A stretch of DNA of 63,996 nucleotides, the filler included, from Sphacelaria rigidula (lineage: Eukaryota), in NCBI GenBank assembly GCA_964200075.2. It is 3 parts of 3 records of this genome, joined end to end, with 100 filler letters (N's around TTAATTAATTAA, not from the genome) between each part and the next. Parts side by side here need not be neighbours in the genome. Positions count along the whole stretch, not along the records: positions 43,045 to 63,996 come from CAXNAA020000478.1; 2 more parts are not named here. One strand, 5' to 3'. Each line of letters begins with the position of its first letter. Position 1 is the stretch's first letter. Shown here piece after piece: positions 54,488 to 63,996 of this stretch. The translations under genes and the position numbers were made by a program. Below the pieces are notes generated by a model. The model ran no database searches. It was not told where the DNA came from and saw only the letters and a list, made by a program, of their open reading frames with translations.

Positions 54488-55979
54488 AGACAGTTGTCCT
54501 GATAGTTCGGGAATACTTCGGTCCGGCGGTGCGCGTATAAAATGGCGCAGAGTAGGACGCCGCCGTCAGCGAAAGGAGGAAAGAAGGGCTTTGTTCTGGA
54601 GGGGGGAGATCAGCGTGGCACTACGAGGAACCTGCGACAATTTGTCGACTTGTGTTACTCAGGGGTCTGGATAGCATGGTCAGATGCTGCTGCAGGTCTT
54701 GACGTTGATTTGTGCAAGCTACCCGCAAATGCAAAAGTGGGTAAAGTGCGTGATGTTTGGTTGGTGTAAAATTCAACTGTAAATGTAGCCAACGTGCTGT
54801 GACCGTAAGGAATTGGAGCTGACAAGGCTGATGCCTCGAGTTCAAAGAAATGTGGCGTTGGGTTCAGCCAGCGCGTGTTCGTGTGTAGAGTTGTGGCATA
54901 AAAACCAAATTTCACGATTGTAGATATTCTTGGCATGCCCAGACATAGAGGGCGACAATGTAGTTCTACTGCCTTGGTGAAATCTGTGAAGAGCGCAGCA
55001 ACAACGGCTGCACAAAAAAAAAACAGCAGGATTGGATCCCGCCGATTTTCCTTGCATATACGCCGAAGCTCATGTTAGAGGGTGTGCATTTAGTCAGTCT
55101 GTCCGGCAATTAACATCGCAAAAGCGGCGGCCTTCCCCACAAACACAGACGCCTGTGCAGCGCAGATGAAAACAATGTACGGCGTGTAATTGATTCTTCT
55201 TCGCAAGACTTTTCCAGTAGTGAGATTAACATCAAATAGTGGATCCAGTTGACGATTGTCAACAACATTAAATTCCAGGGGGCGACCGTACAACAAGCAC
55301 GGCGAAAGGGACGGTACGGAAATATTCGAGGCAACAAACGCGAATATCTATGAGCGCTCGAGAACAACAGGTACAGCGAGCACCATGCGGGTGCGGGGAA
55401 TCTTCACGTTCTGGAGTCATACAAACGCTAGAAGTTATACAATCTACACATGGCACGATCCACACTCTACACATGCACGGTCCACATCACGGTCGAGTCT
55501 GACCGCAGCAGGTTATCTTGCGATACATTGCCTGTGCTAGCGGTGACGTCATTCAGACACTTTCGCGATTGTTTAACTACGATGGTGACTCGCGTGCTTA
55601 GAGATGTCCTTTCACTTGTGTCCCACTGCGCCGCCATATCCTCGTTGGCCGTGGGTGCTTTTTTTTCTCTGTATCTCCGCTTTTCTTCGCGTCAAGGCAA
55701 CCTGCGGAGGGGTACGAGGAATGTAGGGGGTCAGAGGGCAACCATGACTAGAGAATTTTTGACCAGGGAACAGAAACGTCGTCCGGCACTAGGAAGTCAC
55801 AAATTCATCGTAGGTGCGGCACATGTACTTATGGGTGGCAAGGCGTCTTTGAACAAGCCCGACCTACAGGCGGAAACTCGATGTTTAACGCCACGATTGA
55901 GTTGGTATTTAAAAAAGCCGTTCAACACAACAAATAGATCCTTCGAACCTTCCAATTGAAGTGTATCCCGTAACTAGGG

Positions 55980-56749
55980 TCATACTCCATCGACCAGGCG
56001 TTCCGTATCTCCGGCTACCCCCACCACACCGGCACATACGTAACTGCAAACTCTGTTTGCCTTGTTTCCCCTCCTCCTTTTCACCTTCTTCTCCATACGC
56101 TTTTCCATTTCTTTCCTAGTATCCGCCAAGGACACCGGCTTGTCACCGGCGTTAACCTCGTCCCCTTCCGATTCGTCATCCGAAACATCGGGGTCATTCG
56201 ATGCCCCCGGAAACTCCCAGGACGGGGGTTGTGGAGGTCCGCACATGATGTTCGCTTCTGGGTCCGTCGAGAGGAGCTTTTTGGTGTAGTTCGATATCAC
56301 CTGTGTCACAGCGAAACGAAATAAACGCATCATGCTGGCTTAATACGACGACGAAGTAAAACGCGACTTTTGTACGTATACGCCACCGAGACCCGGTGGT
56401 TAAACTATAATAATACATCATCGGCTACTTCGGACGAAGTAGCGGGTTAGAACTCTGACAGTCACGGTTTATCTTACTGATCTCCGTCGTAGGGAAGCAT
56501 GAGAACGTGCGGTACCGAAAGAAGTTCAATGAAAATCGACACACTGGGGGAATGCTGGTATAATGCTCGAACTGAACTGCAGGGCAGGTACCGGAGGAGA
56601 GATGGGTAAATCCCTTGAGACAATGGATTCGTCCCGAGGAAGGAGAGGGGTGAGAATAATCGTTCGAAAGCGAGGCGTTTCACGTGAAGAATACAAGCAA
56701 AGCGCGAAAAGCTGGCGTCTTTATCCTCCAACGCTGCAAGCAAACATGC

Positions 56750-56788
<39 letters not shown>

Positions 56789-59700
56789 CAAGAGGATTCA
56801 CACAATGTCGGTGGTCAAGGTTCCATTTGGGTTCAGAGAACTGCTTATTGGTCGAGCTAAGATCGGGTGCACGTGATCGTGCCATCGCCTACACATACTG
56901 TGTTGTCGTGAAGAGTTCCTCCCCTGGTCAAGTGAAATATCAAGCGAAATCAATTTTATCTGCTCGCCTGCATCGATCGCTGCTCGATGAGGCTCATGTA
57001 GTCCACGATATTGGAAACCGTGACCCCTTGGCCTGTGAGCGTACTGGCCATCGACTGTAGACCGGCGGCGCGCTCGCCAGTGGCATCCTTCGCGGCTGTC
57101 TGCAAGTACTGGTCACATTGGATCTTGAAGCAGATAGATTGTGCCTGCAGTCCGATGGAGGGGAGGGGGCGGGGTGTGGGGAGAACCGTGGGTTCAAGCG
57201 ACGTTGTTACCGGCAGCCTTATTGTCAAGCTTGGCCCCGCTTCAAGTCGTGGCGCTCACTACCCCCCATAAACTTCGCGAGAATCCTTCCTCGAAGGAAG
57301 CCATAGGTTTCATTCGGTTCAACAGGAATCACGACGGAAAATCACTACTAGGCGTCGACTATCGTCTCGGGTCCTTGAATAGTACGTATACACGGCGACC
57401 AGAGCTCATCGTTTCGGCGAGACTTCAGCGTGTAAAGTTCCATACGCCAATTCCGGTTCATCTCTGGAGCAGTAGGCTTATACCACGGCGCGACGCGAGG
57501 CACAGCGAGCAGCAGCACACGACACTGTTATATAGCTTGGGGCACATCGTTGGTTCGCAAGACGTTTCGCGTGGCGATAGTTTGCTTGACCTGCAGTACA
57601 CATACAGTAGGTGGGCCAATCAGAAGTACAGGTGTGTCCAGAAAGAGTGCATACTTTGTGTAGATCACCATACCAATTTACAGGTTGGCCCTGCACATAA
57701 GCCCAATGCTTACTAAAGCAGTGTACCCGTAAGAGACATACCTTATATAGGCCTTATACTGCCTATGGGGATACAAAGCTCACCTTTTTGGCCAAACGAT
57801 CAGCCATTTGCTGAGATTCTTCGACCTTTTCCGCCCAGGCCTCGTTAGCTGCCCTCTGTGCTTGGGCCCTCTCTTGAAGATCGCGGATGATCGCTACCCT
57901 TTGCTTCTCCTCCACTCCTTGTTCCTGTTCGTACTTGGCGATCTCTGCCTGTTGTTGTTCGAGGCATACAGTCAGGAGGACTGGGTGCTTGAGGTGTTAA
58001 CAGCGAAGATCATTCTTGAATATTGTAGACACGGGGGAGGTGCGCAATGCGCAACCTTGCTACATGCACTCTTGTACACACGTGATTCGCACCGGTGTAT
58101 GCTTCAAGTTTTTTCAACTAATGTTGTATACCGTATCCTGGGCTGCTTGTGCTGCATATGTTCTCCTCTGCCGTGCACGTTTAGTGTACTCGTTGTGCTC
58201 ATCCTGTACTCGAGTCCACATTCCGCATGTACCTCCAACTCCTCCGTTTTCTCGAGGTGCTGATCGGTCTCCTGGTTAACGGTCTGTATGTAATTGAACA
58301 ACGAGAAGTGCTCGTCTTCCTGCTTGATGAACACGGCCACCAATCGGTCCAGGTCATCGATGTTGGAAACAGTCTTGAGCTCCTCGAACGCCTCCTCGTA
58401 CCACTGACAACAGGTAAAGATATGCGGAATCAGGTAGAGTCAAAGCGGGACGGTATCTTACCTGGACACACCACAAACACGTGTGAAACTGCGTTCTATG
58501 CCTCACAAACGCTATTTCAACCTCATGGAGTGAAGGGTAGGAGCTACTGCTTCCCCGACGTATGATTGGGCCGCTTGCAATGCTCGTGTGAAATACGACA
58601 TCACATCACTCTGGGAGTAACATTCCGCGTAATTCACGTACTATGTCAGTACTCCAGAGCCGGAGATCGCAAAAGGGTCCAGGGGGGGGCCTACACCAAT
58701 TTGCTGCTGATACATATTTCTGAATACCCCTATCGAGTAGGTACAAGAGTAGGCCACAAGAGCCTACCGCTATGGTAAAAAAATGATACCTTTATCTTAT
58801 TTTCGATAGCTTTATCGGTGGCCTCTTCCTTCTCTTCGGCCTCCTGCATCTCTGCGACCTGTTGGCGTAATACGTCTTCCTCTGGGATCGTCATGTTACC
58901 CGCTTTTTCTACAACGGAAAGGGTGTGATCCATATCTTTTCCCTCCTTCGCCGCCCTGTTCACGCTCTCCTCAAATTTTTCGTTCTGGAAGATTCCCAGG
59001 TACGGCGGGCGGAGAACGTTGGAAGACAACATGCACGGAGAAATATCGCGCGCTGTTTCTCCTGGTTTGGATAACCCGCACTTCACGCAATCGCTGCTCG
59101 TAGCCAGGCAACGATGACTCTCGGGGGAAGAGCGCAAGTATTATATGAATGGTTGGAGCCAACTTCGAGAAAAGATCCGACAGATTTGACAGTAGGTAAA
59201 ATCTGGGGTACAATTATCACCACTTGATCTTCCCTATCCAAATTTCGACGCGGAAAGTGGCACCTGAACACGACAAAACGGAAATCGACACTTCGTGGTG
59301 GAGGAGATCATTTGCGACCGTGTCATCTTCGGACGAGATTCCGGCTGATACGAGCGAACTTGCTAGTACCACGACCTCCATTCGAGACGCTCAAGCCAGA
59401 CGTTAGAGTACATTCTCTTGCACAGAAAACGCTAGGATTCGGGCACAACCGACTGACCTGCATCTCGATGAAGTTCGTGAGTTCGGAAAGCGTGGAGTCG
59501 AAGCGTTCCTTCTGTTCCCTATTCTGCAGCAGAAGGTCCTGCTCGGAGAGAACATGTTTTGTATAGCTTCAATACCAAGCATCGGACGGGTCCAAGGCAC
59601 AAGACGTCCCGTCCGACGATTCTCCGTGATTGCGTTGTTCACAAATATACAGCCGATATGTCTCCGGATCACGCATCCACGATACGCATAGCGTACTGAG

Positions 59701-60855
59701 GTAGTCGATGTTGGAAACCGTTGGACGAAATAGCTCAAGCGCAAAGCTGTTCTGGTTCTTCACCTCCTTATTCTTGACCAGCTCTTCTCGATGTTCGTGA
59801 ACAGCGGACGCCTGCATCATGAGAGCTGATATTTCCCCGCGGACTTGGTGGATGCTGGCCTCGAGCTGGGCGTGAACCTCGTTCGCCGTCGTGCGTTCTT
59901 TGCGAAGATGATTGATCTCGCTCTTGAGTTGGGCGTTGCCGTTTACTATCTCGCTGTGTCGAATCAGGAGCTACAATAGTCGTCGAGGCGAGTCGTGTAC
60001 GTCGAACGAAGTGGGGACACGTCATGTACCACAGCCAGTGGCATATGGCTCCATGGCCGCTGTTGTTGTCTTATGCCCAAGGTATTGCGCACACCGAACA
60101 GTTCGGCCGCCTCGCCCGATCGCACAACATCACCGTGGAAGCAAATGGCACATGTGCATACAGTCAGCACGAAGACATTCAGCTTAACGCGCACAAAAAC
60201 ACAGCCAAAGAATCTAAACGACACCCTCATAGAATCATAGTCGATGGATGCTGCGCTCGCCTTGTTGAGTCGCGCTTCCAAGTTTGATACTAACTTTCTC
60301 TGGTTTTGGTCCGCTTGCTTGGTGGGATCCAACCCGTCGGCCCTCTGGTGTGCAGGGTTTGGGGTCGTCCTGACATCGAGTGAGTTAACAGAAGCAAGGG
60401 GGTCAGTGAACAAGACATTTAGTCTATTAGATTTCAAAGCATGCTTGGTCCTTGACTCTTCGGGACAAAGTGCTGCTGCTGCAGCAGCACAACATTGGTG
60501 TTTAGAGTTCTTCCACCACGAAACGTCTGAGATGTTTGATGCCAGGATACTCGAGCAGATAAACCAACCTGGAAATGACGCGAGGATTGGCAGTCATGAA
60601 CTGGCAATATACCATATTGACCAAGGGTTGCAAATTGCGTAGCGGATAGGTAACAGCGGGGCATGCAAGAAACCAATGCTCCCTGCTTCGTGGAGCAACG
60701 GCGGGGTGTTCGGGCGTGTATTAGGTCACGAACGGAAGATATGTCCAAGCTCGAAAACACTGTGCTCTGTACCTATGAAGGTTGAGAACGTCGATTGCGT
60801 CCGATTTCGTCCTGAGTCGCAGAGCATTGATCTCGCTCCTTGCATGTCGTAAAGC
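55980..60855 (-). CDS. Outer dynein arm docking complex subunit, ODAD1/CCDC114/CCDC63 (DC2) family; 5' exons unresolved
   Basis: Exons 60855-60773, ~60344-60261, 59970-59764 (NAQLKSEINHLRKER), 59538-59458, 58984-58790, 58403-58233 (YEEAFEELK...DLDRLVAVFIKQEDEHFSLFNYI), 57948-57784, 57144-56968 (VTVSNIVDYMSLIEQR), 56300-55980. LEARLNK, FSLFNY and IEQR are DC2-family motifs. Confidence 0.85.
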
Positions 60856-61780
60856 CTGCGCTAGTCCAAGCATTCGGTTGGTGAGAACGGCGAGAACACA
60901 ACAAGTGGGTCAATGATGCAAGAGAGACGAATTGAAGATTTGTTGTCCTCCTCGCTAAATGTTAGGGGCCATATGGTGCATGACCTACGGCGGAGAAGCA
61001 GAACATGAAATCAATAATTTCAGGGAATACCTAACCTTCTTTTTGCTCAAAAGCAGGCACAGAGGACACCACAATATAGAAGGATCGATCTTCAGCCGCA
61101 TGATTGACCGAGACAGAGGTGTACATGGTGGTGGCGAAACCCGCCGCAGGTTCATACTGAGAGTGTCTTCTTCTCTGCTAAGGGTATACCTAGGCTTCGG
61201 CGGTTCCCTAACCATGATTGATATTTACCACTTTCTGACGATACCCAAAGAGTGGAAATGTCACACTCCCGTCCTTGCGATGGGGGCGAAACAACTGTGG
61301 TGGAACACTCCCAACCTATTCTAACAATGAACACATGGCCCAATACCCCCGAGCTTGGCGCGGTTGTTCGTGTGTTAATAAAAAAATAATCCGAACGCCA
61401 GGCACCCCTTTGCGTAGATGGTTTTTCGACGTGCCGAGTTTGTATGCAGTCATCAACCCGTTCACCGAGCTGCTGCCTGCATGACCTTGGCAAAGGCAAA
61501 TGTTTGACTGCAACTCACTCGAAAGTGGTCCTTGCAACGAACGATCGTAACAAGCACACACCTGCCACGCGGGCGTTAGGGTGCATTGGTCTTATTCATG
61601 TTGAGAGCGGGCTTAATTTGCTCAGTATCGGCGTCCGCCGGCGCCCTTTGTCACTTTTCGTCGCTCTTTACATTCGTTTCTGCTTGTCTCCGCACTCGGT
61701 GCACGGGCTGTTCATCGCGTGGACACTCGGTAGGCCGAAAAAACATCTGCACAAGGTACGCCCCTGTTTCCGCCAATCAC

Positions 61781-62042
61781 CACTAGGTACGCCGATGTTT
61801 CGGCCAGTCATGCGGCTTGCGATCGAGCGTTTTGTACTGCGGGACAAGCTGTACCCAGTCTTGGCTCTATATTGTCCAGGTATACAGTACCTTTAAGAGA
61901 CAGTGATTTTAGGTATATCTGCGGCTGTCGCCGTCACTAGGTACGTCGATGTTTCGGCCAATCATGTGGCTGAGGATTGAGCGTTTTGCACTGCAGTACA
62001 ACATGTATCTAGCCTTGGCCTCAAAATGTCCAGGTATACAGT
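61781..62042 (+). repeat. Degenerate duplication, period ~154 bp
   Basis: cactaggtacg(c/t)cgatgtttcggcca...tgtccaggtatacagt at 61781 and 61935. Confidence 0.8.
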
Positions 62043-62859
62043 TAGGGATGCGAATCGGGAGGGTGTTAGCCCCCGAATTTCGTCCGAGCTGCTCGACGAA
62101 ATTTTACCGACCATAGACAACTCATCCTCGTTTCCTTTCTTACATATAGATACACTTGATTAAAAACTACATCCTTAGAACGAGAAAATCGTGCATTCAG
62201 GCGACGCCCTCCCTGTTCAGGCACCACATACACGTCCAGGCCCCTGATACGCATTGCAAGGTAACTTCCGTTGTTCTCAACTCTTCTAGCGTTCACTGGA
62301 ACTCTGCAAAAAAATATGTTTCGCCGTATAATGTGCTGAGCGTGGGACGTTCCCGGAAAGCGGGGCTATCAAAAGACGCATTGTGATTCGAAGCACATAA
62401 CGCATAAAAACAGCGCTCGGATCGCACCCGTGGTCGACGAGATCGTCTCTGATTTAGCCGGCCTATCGATGGGCTCTCCCCAACAAACCACAGTCCCCGA
62501 CAAGCGCAAACGAAAAAAGAAACACGCAGACGGGGCGGAGGAGTCAAAGAAGGGAGGAGAGGTCCGAGCCGGAGTAATTTTTCTCGGTACGTAAAAGTAT
62601 GTCCGTGTGTAATGCACTCCGACAAGTAAGTGACAGAGAAGCGTTGCTGCTTGTGTACCCAGCTGCTCTGGGGAGCCGCGTTAGAGAGCGTAGTGTGTAC
62701 TGGAACAGACTACATCATGGGGACTGTCTTGTGCTCTTGTGTTTTTTTGTTATGCAGAGACCACCTTTACCGCCACATGTGGCCTGCCGTCTGTACATCA
62801 TCCCTGCGCTGGCACGAAGCTTGAGTGTTGTGTTCGCATATACTGAATTGGTATGATTT

Positions 62860-63900
62860 TACTCGAAATATGAACGGGATCGAGATTACCCACCGTGGAG
62901 GCCCAAGGGTTCACTTTCAGAGCCGGGGGCAGGACGAGTTCACTCTCTCTCCGGAAGTTTATTGTAATCTGGTCCGTGGTGATACCCACAGGGAATGAGA
63001 GAGCAATGGGAAAAAACGCACGGAGGGAGAGAGAAAAGACAACTTCCTACTGGTGTGTACTGTACTGTATTGTACTGCATTGCCCTGTATTGTACTGTGT
63101 CTTGTTGTTCGGCTTTGCCCATCTATATACAACCACCTTCAGGGCGAGTCATCTGTTGCACATTGATTGTCGCACTTTAACTGACCCCCCGGGGGTCCAG
63201 CCGTGGTCTCATGGTAGACGTACCCAAGAAAAACGAAACTGAACCACGCTCTAAGGGAAACAAGGGGGGGTTGGCATAATTTTGACTTGGAAGATGAATG
63301 CAAGACCCCGATTACCCACCGTGGAGGCCCAAGGGTTCACTTTCAGAGCTGGGGGCAGGACGAGTTCACGCTATCAAATGGTTTCTTCTAATCTGGCCCA
63401 TGGCGATAGCCATATATAATGGGAGCAATGGGAAGGAACGCAGGGGGTAGCGGGAGAGAAGACAACACCCTCCTGAACTGTACTGTTCTACATCGTGTTG
63501 CATTGTCCTGTACCGTACTGTGCCTTGTTCGGCTTTGTATATCTACATACAACAAACTTCAGGGAGAGTAACCTGTTGTGCATTGACATAATTTTGACTT
63601 GAAAGATGAATGCAAGGCCAAGATGACCCACCGTAGAGACTCATAGGTTCAACGCTTCTGAAAGATTTGGTGTCATCTGATCATTCGTGGTGCCCATTGA
63701 AGAAGGGAAGGAAAGCAGGGGGGAGAGAGATAAGATAACACTGCACTGTACTGTACCGCACAGCTTTTGTACTGCATTGTACTGCTGTTGTTGTACTCTC
63801 TGTTTTAATTCGGCTTTGTCTATGATCACCACCAGAGTGGGTCGTCTGCATCGGAATATTTTGTTCATATGAACGGGTACACTGAGGGAACATGCACATG
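62860..63900. repeat. Three tandem diverged copies of a ~310-430 bp unit with internal (GTACT)-like microsatellite
   Basis: attacccaccgtggaggcccaagggttcactttcagagc at ~62885 and ~63311, degraded at ~63625; cataattttgacttg(g/a)aagatgaatgcaag at ~63275 and ~63587. Confidence 0.8.
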
Positions 63901-63996
63901 TGCGGATAGACCTATGCAGACGCACGGGTACTGGTAGTCGAGTGTGTGTGACTACAGTACCACGCTCAGGCCAGCTGCTGCGCTGCCGCCTGAGCT

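Noticed and set aside
62043..62806. hAT-like element tagggatg...catccctg
   Set aside because: Inverted match is only ~7 bp and there is no TSD.

Overview
Eukaryotic, intron-rich draft-assembly DNA. Exon/intron sizes, (CCCTAA)n tracts, flagellar genes and repeat content suggest a brown alga (Phaeophyceae); this is inference. Reading across splice sites gives four or five genes: (1) a minus-strand MORN1-like gene extended by a LamG/ConA-like domain, with a full-length decayed Ty1/copia element (AGCCC TSD, TG...TA LTRs) in its 8.9-kb second intron; (2) ASF1, head-to-head with it; (3) a plus-strand LRR gene with two WW-like modules inside the LRR array; (4) a plus-strand CH + SAM gene beyond a scaffold gap, possibly the 3' half of gene 3; (5) a minus-strand ODA docking-complex gene (ODAD1/CCDC114/CCDC63 family) with one well-supported and one probable GC-AG intron. 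Introns carry many small elements: palindromic MITEs, a telomere-repeat-bearing element in two inverted copies, tRNA-derived SINE modules, a ~1.9-kb foldback, and a 2-kb CAGGG-ended transposon inserted in a splice acceptor's pyrimidine tract. I found no CRISPR array, rRNA, intact tRNA or convincing ribozyme. Most ORFs in the track are spurious or partial exons. Exon boundaries were called by eye.
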